Virus record (IMG/VR): IMGVR_UViG_3300025818_000181
Span: 1 to 24,360 of that record
Strand: one strand, 5' to 3'
Source: a virus
Taxonomy: Duplodnaviria > Caudoviricetes
Length of the DNA stretch: 24,360 bases
Numbering within the stretch: the first letter of the stretch is position 1; every line of letters starts with the position of its first letter. A program made the position numbers and the translations under genes. Below, piece by piece: positions 17,384 through 24,326 of the stretch. The notes under the pieces were generated by a model that was given only the letters and a program-made list of their open reading frames with translations, was not told the origin of the DNA and ran no database searches.

Positions 17384-18993
17384 ATCTGACCACGTTCTCG
17401 CGCATCAGATGCTACTTTTAGCACAGGAGCAGCTTTATTCAGCTGTTCTGCCAGCGCCATATCTTGCTGTGCCTGTGCTTGCGCTGCCTGGGCCTCAGCT
17501 CTTTGACGCCGCAAATCACGAACTTCCGTATTGCTACGGATAACCCGCGCTGGGATCCCTGTGACTTCAACCAGGTACTGAACCAGCTTGTCATCGTCCA
17601 GGTAATCCATAACAGGCGCCACCTGTTGCATTTGCATCAACACCTCGAACCCACGCAGCATAGACTGTAGATCAGTCATTTTCTGCGCTTTGGCTAGTGG
17701 TGAAACATATTCGATGTCGATCTCTTGCCCCTGTAGCTCCTCAGGCGCGGCAGGGAGGAGTCCGTTCCTGAGGAGCAATGCAAAGGATCGGGAGATAAGG
17801 GGCTGCAATAGCTCCGCTTGCAATCGGCCCAGGACAGGCCCGAGGAGGCGCATTTTCTCCTCATTCCTCTGCAATACTTCCGTAGCGGTCATTGCTGGGC
17901 CATTTGCCATGAGAAGCTGATCGACGAAAAACGCCTGGCGTATCGCATTCCTACGCTGTTCTTCCATGTTTAAGCCTAGCGGATTGTTTGCTCCAATCTG
18001 CAACGGTTCTAATCTGTCCCTGGTTCCAGTGCGATAGAAGTTCAATGCGCCTGGTGTTGTGCGTACAGGCAGCATAAATCCATCATCAGGAACCATAAGA
18101 GGGGGATCAATCTGCTTTTGCGCAGCTTTGATCGTCGTTTCCGACATTTTGTTTAGCATTTTCGTGTCAGGTAGCGCATTCATCGCTGGGCTGCGCCCAT
18201 ATGTTGACACACTATCCTTAACAAATCGCGTTACCATAAACGGAAATTCGTCAAATCCACTCTCACTAAGCAGCTGTCTACTACCAGAAGTGTAGTAAAT
18301 AGAGGCAATAGGCTTGTTCTTAGCCGCTCGACCGCTTGCATTTGGACGCGGAAACACTGCATGAACAATGTCATGCTCTTTGTACGGCTCTTTTTCCAGG
18401 TCTTTCTCGACCTCACGCGGCAAATTATCTTCACCAAACTGCATAGCGATCGCCCGCGCAGTCAATTTAAACTTGCGGTAAACCGTATCAACCGTGCCAT
18501 CCTGGTTCTCAGAAACACAGATCTCAGCAATATGGCGGGAACTAAACCGCAATCCATCGTCAATACCCTCGATGTAGAACGCAGCTGTACCAAAAACCAC
18601 CAGATCATAATACAACTCATGGATCTCTTGCTGAAAGTTAGATCTATGAAAAGCCTGGTACATCTGATCGATGCAAACCTCTAGCCACTCGTTAGCCGCA
18701 TCATTCTGTTGCAACATCGGATCCCGATAACGCATAGAAAACCAGGGAGTGCTGGGGGAAGTAAGCATTCCATGCAAGCTAGACGCTAATAGCTCGACCG
18801 CATGAACGGCAGTACCATCGTATAACAATTCGGTACGTTTATCGCCCTGAGTGCGCTTCTTGGTTATGTCAGCTTTACGGGGCAGCATATAATCCGCAAG
18901 CTCTTGCCAGTGGCTTTCCCATTGTGAACGCTGCGATTGTAGGGTTTTATATCTACGATCGAGCTGCGCGATCATTGGTAATACTTCTGCCAT
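17380..18993 (-). CDS. Portal (head-to-tail connecting) protein (537 aa)
   Basis: WQELADYMLP, YDGTAVHAVELLAS, DLVVFGTA, YGRSPAM, MTATEVLQRNEEKMRLLGPVLGRLQ and IEYVSPLAKAQ. ATG 18993 (TGATG overlap) preferred over GTG 18996. Confidence 0.93.
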   Translation of the reverse strand: MAEVLPMIAQLDRRYKTLQSQRSQWESHWQELADYMLPRKADITKKRTQGDKRTELLYDGTAVHAVELLASSLHGMLTSPSTPWFSMRYRDPMLQQNDAANEWLEVCIDQMYQAFHRSNFQQEIHELYYDLVVFGTAAFYIEGIDDGLRFSSRHIAEICVSENQDGTVDTVYRKFKLTARAIAMQFGEDNLPREVEKDLEKEPYKEHDIVHAVFPRPNASGRAAKNKPIASIYYTSGSRQLLSESGFDEFPFMVTRFVKDSVSTYGRSPAMNALPDTKMLNKMSETTIKAAQKQIDPPLMVPDDGFMLPVRTTPGALNFYRTGTRDRLEPLQIGANNPLGLNMEEQRRNAIRQAFFVDQLLMANGPAMTATEVLQRNEEKMRLLGPVLGRLQAELLQPLISRSFALLLRNGLLPAAPEELQGQEIDIEYVSPLAKAQKMTDLQSMLRGFEVLMQMQQVAPVMDYLDDDKLVQYLVEVTGIPARVIRSNTEVRDLRRQRAEAQAAQAQAQQDMALAEQLNKAAPVLKVASDARERGQI

Positions 18994-19181
18994 CACATCA
19001 TCCCGTAACTTGTCATTAAACTTTCGCGCTTCTTGCGCTTATTCCCACCCTTCATACGTCCAGCCATACTTTGGTTTAGACGCTCCAGGGGATCTACCGT
19101 TGCATTACGGTTCTTGTTAGCGGGCTGGGCAGACCGCCTGCCCATAACGCCCGCCATGTTCTTTGGCTTGCGACCCATCAT
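18993..19181 (-). CDS. Small basic hypothetical protein (62 aa)
   Basis: Overlaps both neighbours at start and stop; Arg/Lys/Met-rich. Confidence 0.7.
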   Translation of the reverse strand: MMGRKPKNMAGVMGRRSAQPANKNRNATVDPLERLNQSMAGRMKGGNKRKKRESLMTSYGMM

Positions 19182-19861
19182 GCGATCAATCCTTGCCCAA
19201 CCAGGCCGCGACGACGACGAAGCATCGAAGTATCCTCAGATAACAAACCGCGCGGTGTCGTTAAAATTGTTGAACGACGCCCTTTTTCGTAGAAGCTAAT
19301 GGCCTCATCCTCAGCTGGACCAACAGATTGGGTGGTTGCAACTGTAGCCTCAGCCGTTCCACCAGCCGCCGTTCCAACACTTGTTGTTGTCGTCCCGCCA
19401 GTTTGAACCCCGCCTGTTGTCGTTGTCCCAGGAGACACATCAACAACAACCTCATCAGGAGTTACCTCAACAATCGTACCAGTGCCGCCCGCAGGGGTTT
19501 CAACAGTAGTTCCAATATCTTCTTCTGCGACATCAGTTACAACGGGAGTTGATGTATCAGCCTGGGTCGCAACATCGTCTTGCACAGAAACAACATCATT
19601 TATCGTTGTATCAGGGCCACCAGTAGGGGACGTTGTATCTACAGCTGTCGTATCAGTTTCAGGGGTAGCTACCGCTGGAACCTCAGGCGTTTGTACTTGA
19701 CCCGCTTGACCGCTCGGCATCATCAAAGACGCGCCAACAACAGCACCCGCTGCCGTAGCAACCGCCGTGCCAGTAACGCCCAGGCCCACCGCTGTAGCCA
19801 CACCGTAGCCAACCGCGCCGCCGCCAATGCCACCAAGTATAAGAGGTGCTGCCGCTGCCAT
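19178..19861 (-). CDS. Putative virion-associated protein with Thr/Val/acidic low-complexity core (227 aa; T7 gp7.3-like position)
   Basis: AGGAG RBS; Gly/Ala hydrophobic N-terminus; C-terminal KGRRSTILTTPRGL; lies between terL and portal. Confidence 0.65.
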   Translation of the reverse strand: MAAAAPLILGGIGGGAVGYGVATAVGLGVTGTAVATAAGAVVGASLMMPSGQAGQVQTPEVPAVATPETDTTAVDTTSPTGGPDTTINDVVSVQDDVATQADTSTPVVTDVAEEDIGTTVETPAGGTGTIVEVTPDEVVVDVSPGTTTTGGVQTGGTTTTSVGTAAGGTAEATVATTQSVGPAEDEAISFYEKGRRSTILTTPRGLLSEDTSMLRRRRGLVGQGLIA

Positions 19862-19871
19862 CTTCTATCTC

Positions 19872-21146
19872 CTATGCTGCAAAAGGATTGTAATCATTCA
19901 TCGCTTGTTTCTGAGGAACCTGGATACGGTTCCCGCTTTCTCGCAAACCAACCGCCAAATACCTAAAAGCATCCGCTGCGTGGCTCGACCAATCGTGTAC
20001 AGGTGACGCCCTAAAGCTTCTAGTGCGCTCGTTATACGCCCTGTGATACTGTCGTAGACATTCCAAGCCATGTTTACACTTCTCTCTATCAAACCATAAA
20101 CGCGGAATAAGCATCTGCGCGGCATGGATACCATCCTCGATCGGCAACTTCGGAACAACCCGAAAGTTCAAACCAAGATCCCACGCAATCTCGCGTCTAC
20201 TTTTTCCAGTACCCAACTCCCGCACCTCAATATCGTGGGGTGCATTGTGTTCACCGTAGAGGTAATTCTTAGAAGAAAGTACCTTACAATAGTGAGGTAG
20301 TCCTTCGCCCCGTGCCTCGTAGTAATCAATCACATGCACAGCGCGCCCAACCGTCTGGGTGAAAAATATGCTAGTGCTATCTCCAACTCCGAGATCCCAC
20401 CAGGTGTCAACCCGAACTGAGGGGTCGTAGGGTACGTTGGTAATCCTACCATCCGCACTCGCTTCCTCCAGCTCCTTGCCATAGACCGCACCAGGCACAT
20501 TCGCATTCCAGCTGCACTCAAATTCCTGAGCATACTGATCCGCTGTCATCATCGCCTGGGCAGCTTCCAATTCCTCATCATCAAGCAATCCAGTTTCCGA
20601 AGCCTTATAGATCGCACATAGCCAATCATCATTCCCAGCAGCTTCCTCATATTTTTCATAGAAAGCATTGTGACCCTTAGGCGTACCAATGAAACAACAC
20701 CACCCCTTGCGATCCGAAAGCGCGGGCCTCAAGATCTCAGGAAACACATTCTCAGGCATGTCGGCAACCTCGTCCATCACACACCCGTCCAGGTAAATCC
20801 CACGCAAGCTATCTGGATTCTCCGCACCGAGTAGCGAGATCCTCGCACCAGTAGGCAGATCACACCGCAATTCAGTCTCATGGAACTTAACGCCAGGGAT
20901 CTTGCCAGCGAACTGTTTTATATAATCCCAGGCAACGTTCTTTGCCTGGCGATACGTGGGGGCCATATACGCAAGCCTGGGGTTCGGCTTATCGCACATT
21001 AACGCAGATCTCAAAATATGATTGATCGCCCAAACCGTCTTGCCAAAACGGCGGTGACACACAACTACACCCCAGCGCTTCTCTTGCATCTCATTATGCA
21101 ACTTCAGCTGTAGCTCTCTAGGCTCATACGGTATCTCAATATGCAT
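19872..21146 (-). CDS. terL: Terminase large subunit (424 aa)
   Basis: VVCHRRFGKT (Walker A), YMAPTYRQAK, GCVMDE (Walker B), IGTPKG, WDLG and HDWSSHAADAFRY nuclease motifs. Confidence 0.96.
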   Translation of the reverse strand: MHIEIPYEPRELQLKLHNEMQEKRWGVVVCHRRFGKTVWAINHILRSALMCDKPNPRLAYMAPTYRQAKNVAWDYIKQFAGKIPGVKFHETELRCDLPTGARISLLGAENPDSLRGIYLDGCVMDEVADMPENVFPEILRPALSDRKGWCCFIGTPKGHNAFYEKYEEAAGNDDWLCAIYKASETGLLDDEELEAAQAMMTADQYAQEFECSWNANVPGAVYGKELEEASADGRITNVPYDPSVRVDTWWDLGVGDSTSIFFTQTVGRAVHVIDYYEARGEGLPHYCKVLSSKNYLYGEHNAPHDIEVRELGTGKSRREIAWDLGLNFRVVPKLPIEDGIHAAQMLIPRLWFDREKCKHGLECLRQYHRAYNERTRSFRASPVHDWSSHAADAFRYLAVGLRESGNRIQVPQKQAMNDYNPFAA

Positions 21147-21319
21147 CAGTGCTTGCTCTCATCGTCAAACTTCAAAAGACCTATGTTCGTCAACATCTGC
21201 TCATAAACATCTATCAGCAGTACAGCTGCCTCATACTGCGTAGTCGCTGAGGAGCCTTCTACGACCATCCTACGCAATTCGTTAATGTGACCTAGCAAGG
21301 CGGTGTTTTCGGCTTTCAT
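21146..21319 (-). CDS. Small hypothetical protein (57 aa; below ORF-track cutoff)
   Basis: Own translation MKAENTALLGHINELRRMVVEG...LLKFDDESKH; its TGA overlaps the terL ATG (TGATG). Confidence 0.65.
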   Translation of the reverse strand: MKAENTALLGHINELRRMVVEGSSATTQYEAAVLLIDVYEQMLTNIGLLKFDDESKH

Positions 21320-21425
21320 AGGCTCTCTCAGGCTGTGTGAGGGGCAGATACTATAGGTCAGGTATATTATGGCTTACGAGGCGGCGGGCGGTTTCGCGGA
21401 GGGTGGGGGTCGGCAGGTCGCAGAA

Positions 21426-21453
21426 ATTTAACATAATTCACATTATCGGATAA
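21426..21453 (-). other. dif: dif-like XerC/XerD recombination site
   Basis: Minus strand TTATCCGATAA-TGTGAA-TTATGTTAAAT; 11-6-11 layout; XerD arm identical to E. coli dif; 21/28 overall; intergenic. Confidence 0.8.
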
Positions 21454-21602
21454 TCTTATCGAGCAAAAACAATAACTTAGCCAGCTATGCGGATTATGCA
21501 TGGATCGAGCTGTGATTTTGCCATGCGCTTGCTGCATATCACGGGCTATTTCTGCCCTTCGCGCGCGTAGCTCGGTCACGCTGGATGTATGGTCTCACTC
21601 TC

Positions 21603-22052
21603 CTAGTGCCGAACCAGAACGTCTTGCTCCTCCTCCTCATTGGCATTCACTGCCACATCTCCACCAGCCCAGCTGATCGTGATAGCTGTGTTTGTTGGCT
21701 GATCTTCTTTCTTGTCTCGGATCCCAAATGGCTGGTTACGCGCAGCTGTCCACTTGAGTGTCTCGATCTCCAGGCGTCTGCGTTGCACCTCTGCATTGAG
21801 CATACGCGGATCTTCGACCTTTGGCAGCTCTGCCATTGCTAACCCGTTCAGATGGTCTGCGTACCACTCGGCCTGTAGTATGCGCGCCTTGCGGTACATC
21901 TCCCAAATGATCTCATCTGCCTGGACTGCGCGCGTGACGCTGCGATAGCTTGGCATACCTTTGGTCTTTGTGATGTCCATCAGTGTCTCGCCCTCAGCAA
22001 GACGATCGCAGATCTTCTGCATTATCTCGACGGTGACGGTTTTACTAATCAT
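21603..22052 (-). CDS. terS: Terminase small subunit (149 aa), Sf6/P22-like
   Basis: ICDRLAEGETLMDI...MPSYRSV HTH, YRKAR and RLEIETLKWTAAR..P; upstream of terL. Confidence 0.85.
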   Translation of the reverse strand: MISKTVTVEIMQKICDRLAEGETLMDITKTKGMPSYRSVTRAVQADEIIWEMYRKARILQAEWYADHLNGLAMAELPKVEDPRMLNAEVQRRRLEIETLKWTAARNQPFGIRDKKEDQPTNTAITISWAGGDVAVNANEEEEQDVLVRH

Positions 22053-22065
22053 GGTTATTCCTATG

Positions 22066-22110
22066 AAAAAGCCCCAGCTGTTTCAGTGCGAGACCTAGAA
22101 CAGCCAGGGC
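22066..22110 (-). terminator. Putative intrinsic terminator/attenuator immediately upstream of terS
   Basis: Minus strand GCCCTGGCTGTT-16 nt-AACAGCTGGGGC-TTTTT (12-bp stem, 2 G-U), ending 13 nt before the terS ATG. Confidence 0.6.
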
Positions 22111-22175
22111 GAGTTTGAGGCATAATCGCACACAGGCTAGATGGTGCAAAAATGATAAAGACACAACATCTTGCG

Positions 22176-22215
22176 ATTATACCATAAATCTACGTCATTT
22201 CGGTATTTTAAGCAA
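22176..22215 (-). promoter_or_regulatory. Putative late promoter with second -10-like element
   Basis: TTGCTT (22215-22210), 17 bp, TAGATT (22192-22187), then TATGG and TATAAT (22181-22176). Confidence 0.6.
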
Positions 22216-22243
22216 TAGATATATATTTTTTTACATTTACCCC

Positions 22244-22272
22244 TTGACAGTATCTGTCTCATGCTTTAAGTA
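22244..22272 (+). promoter_or_regulatory. Sigma70-like promoter P1 with overlapping palindromic operator
   Basis: TTGACA-17 bp-TAAGTA; palindrome GACAG-TAT-CTGTC at 22246-22258; AT-rich tract upstream. Confidence 0.72.
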
Positions 22273-22330
22273 AGGTCATGTGGTTGAGCGTTGCTCCCAC
22301 GATTTTCCCAACCAACTACGGAGTTCGATC

Positions 22331-22822
22331 ATGGAGTTTGATCTTCCCCCTGGTGCTTTTAACGGCGGTCATTGTGGCGTCCAAGCTGTTGCTGTTGTCG
22401 CTGATATGAGCCTGACAAAGTGCTTCCGCGTGTTCCAGGCAACATGCCCGCGCATCAAGCGTCAACGGCGCTGGTCTGGCGGTACGTTCCACCATGAACG
22501 TTTAGCTGTCCTGGACAAGCTTGGCATCAAGTACAACGAAGTTGATGGCTGTGTCGGTTTGACCTTGCAGCGTTTCGTCAAGGACGTTGCCAATCCTAAT
22601 CATGTCTACATGGTTACTACTACTCGTCACGTTCAGCTGGTGCGCGGCGGTAAAGTTCTCGACCAGCGCGGCGTCAAAGACATTACCGAGTTCTGGGGTC
22701 GCCGCAAAAAGATCAGCTACGAGGTGCTGCGCATCGATGTTGCAGAGGTTATCGAGGCTTTCGACATCGCTGAGGCACAGACCTTCGGCCTTCCACTATT
22801 CGATCACAAAGGAGAAATCTAA
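22331..22822 (+). CDS. Hypothetical protein, possible papain-like (C39-like) cysteine peptidase fold (163 aa)
   Basis: Start moved to ATG 22331 (GGAG RBS). HCGVQAVA, VTTTRHVQLV and VLD give a Cys-His-Asp order and spacing typical of papain-like folds. Confidence 0.55.
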   Translation: MEFDLPPGAFNGGHCGVQAVAVVADMSLTKCFRVFQATCPRIKRQRRWSGGTFHHERLAVLDKLGIKYNEVDGCVGLTLQRFVKDVANPNHVYMVTTTRHVQLVRGGKVLDQRGVKDITEFWGRRKKISYEVLRIDVAEVIEAFDIAEAQTFGLPLFDHKGEI

Positions 22823-23295
22823 TGAGTGCTTATTTATGTAACGAAGAACACATCGGCGTTCTTGCCAATGCCATGTATCGCGCCAACGTTGGCTTGTACT
22901 GCAAGCCTAGCAGCCCGCAAAAAATGGCAGCGCTTCTAGCCAAAGCCAACTGGATCAGCATCGAAGCGCGTTACCCTGGCGATAACTTCATGCTTGGCGA
23001 TCAGACCTTCGAGGAATACTGCGAGGCTTGTCAGAAAGAAGCTTGTCGGCCTGACCCTGATCTAAAGCCTGTAGACTTCATCAAGATTGCTCAGTGCTTT
23101 GCCTACCAGGCATGTGAGGCCAAAGAGTTTCGGGAGGCACAGTACGACAGCGACTACATCGGTGACTATCACATCAACCAGTTCATCATGGAAATGGTGC
23201 GGAAAATGCCTGGCTACGATGATGCGCCCTGGGGCTACCAGCGTAAGCCTGATGCGCCTGAGGTTTTGGATCTTAGCGCCATGATGATGCAATAA
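22822..23295 (+). CDS. Hypothetical phage protein (157 aa)
   Basis: AAGGAG RBS and TAATG overlap; motifs MSAYL...HI, ARYP, CFAYQACE and PGYDDAPWG. Function unknown. Confidence 0.8.
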   Translation: MSAYLCNEEHIGVLANAMYRANVGLYCKPSSPQKMAALLAKANWISIEARYPGDNFMLGDQTFEEYCEACQKEACRPDPDLKPVDFIKIAQCFAYQACEAKEFREAQYDSDYIGDYHINQFIMEMVRKMPGYDDAPWGYQRKPDAPEVLDLSAMMMQ

Positions 23296-23297
23296 CC

Positions 23298-23326
23298 TTG
23301 ACAGATACTGTCTCAATGTTTATGTA
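23298..23326 (+). promoter_or_regulatory. Sigma70-like promoter P2 with the same operator in inverted orientation
   Basis: TTGACA-17 bp-TATGTA; palindrome GACAG-ATA-CTGTC at 23300-23312. Confidence 0.72.
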
Positions 23327-23341
23327 AGTTACGGAGGTTAT

Positions 23342-23518
23342 ATGAAATACATACTCAAGAAAATCGCTATGTACGGTAACAACACTGTCGGCGTCTACAA
23401 AGATATGGAGGCGGCAGTAGCCGCCAAAGTAGATCTCCAGGCTATGACCTATGACGAATACTTTATCGAGATCATACCTGTACAAGATAACTACCGCATC
23501 ACTGGATTGGGAGCTTAA
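23342..23518 (+). CDS. Small hypothetical protein (58 aa; below ORF-track cutoff)
   Basis: GGAGGT RBS; MKYILKKIAMYGNNTVGVYKDMEAAVAAK...RITGLGA; directly after P2. Confidence 0.75.
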   Translation: MKYILKKIAMYGNNTVGVYKDMEAAVAAKVDLQAMTYDEYFIEIIPVQDNYRITGLGA

Positions 23519-23521
23519 CAC

Positions 23522-23716
23522 ATGAAAGAACTTTACGAGATGATGGCAGCTGACAACATGCGCCCGACTGCCAAAGTTACAAAGCAGATCAATGGCCTGG
23601 TTGCCCGTTACAACAAAAAGAGCGTTGACCAGGCAATCAAGACCAGCCGTGAAAAGATCAGCGGCAAAGAAGCAAAAGCAATACATGCATTGTTGAAAGG
23701 CCGTAGCAATGGATAA
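23522..23716 (+). CDS. Small basic hypothetical protein (64 aa)
   Basis: GGAG upstream; starts 3 nt after the previous stop. Confidence 0.7.
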   Translation: MKELYEMMAADNMRPTAKVTKQINGLVARYNKKSVDQAIKTSREKISGKEAKAIHALLKGRSNG

Positions 23717-23831
23717 CTTTCAAGACTTCATCAAGATCCTAAAAAGCATTACCCTGGGCGACATAATCGGAGCGCTTTGCCTGGTCGCCATGCTTTACAT
23801 GGGCTTGTTCCTTGCATTGATCTACCAGTAA
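23709..23831 (+). CDS. Small single-pass membrane peptide (40 aa; below ORF-track cutoff)
   Basis: MDNFQDFIKILKSITLGDIIGALCLVAMLYMGLFLALIYQ; overlaps the previous stop and ends just before the terminator. Confidence 0.62.
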   Translation: MDNFQDFIKILKSITLGDIIGALCLVAMLYMGLFLALIYQ

Positions 23832-23849
23832 CAGCCCGCCACAGCCAAT

Positions 23850-24326
23850 CTAAGAGCCGCCTAGTGCGGCTTTTTTTGTCTTGTACTCCATTGCCCGTGC
23901 GTGATGCTTTTGGCTTTCCCTGCGATCATCTATGCGCCAGGTCAATCTGACCAGGGCAGCTGCATATTCTGCCTTCACGCTATGCCTGGAACATCCCAGC
24001 ATCTTTGCAAGCTTAGTCCACTTCGGCCCGCGCTGCCTTCCAACCTGGCTATGCGCTACAGCCCAGATCAGCTTTCGATCTTCTGCGTCCAGCTTCAAGC
24101 CAAGATCCAGGGCAAGATCTAATCGATCTACCTGTTCAGCAGTAGGCTGCACTCGAACCCGCTCAACATCAGACCAGCCATACGCAGACCAGGACTGCAC
24201 ATAATCAGGCCAGCTGCTCATTTTCTGCTTACGAAACGCACCAGGTAAAGCCCGTTCAGTCTCAGCTGCTTCAAAAAACAAAATGCTTAAATCATCTACC
24301 GTCATTTTCTTAGGATCGATCTGCAT
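23850..24326 (-). CDS. HTH-containing putative transcription regulator, DUF6362-like (158 aa)
   Basis: EAAETERALP, SSWPDY, AYGW, PTAEQVDRL, DRKLIWA and WTKLAKMLGCSRHSVK (HTH); GAGG RBS; last co-oriented gene before the late promoter. Confidence 0.62.
   Translation of the reverse strand: MQIDPKKMTVDDLSILFFEAAETERALPGAFRKQKMSSWPDYVQSWSAYGWSDVERVRVQPTAEQVDRLDLALDLGLKLDAEDRKLIWAVAHSQVGRQRGPKWTKLAKMLGCSRHSVKAEYAAALVRLTWRIDDRRESQKHHARAMEYKTKKAALGGS
23855..23877 (+). terminator. Intrinsic terminator of the plus-strand cassette
   Basis: AGCCGC-CTAGT-GCGGCT followed by a T run; overlaps the last codons of the convergent gene. Confidence 0.85.

Noticed and set aside
2983-19966. Numerous 60-220 aa plus-strand and off-frame ORFs across the structural operon
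   Set aside because: They overlap long, motif-bearing minus-strand genes and show no recognisable protein features.
21343-21355. GGCAGATACTATA, a 10/13 match to the cassette operator
   Set aside because: Palindrome is broken and a similar-quality match occurs inside coding sequence near 3365, so chance is sufficient.
21367-21579. 70-aa minus-strand ORF in the terS-terL gap
   Set aside because: No convincing RBS, Pro/Arg-rich tail derived from the G tract, and it runs through the dif-like site; more likely non-coding.
23062-23686. Minus-strand 84-aa and 137-aa ORFs
   Set aside because: Antisense to plus-strand genes that have clear promoters, RBSs and a terminator.
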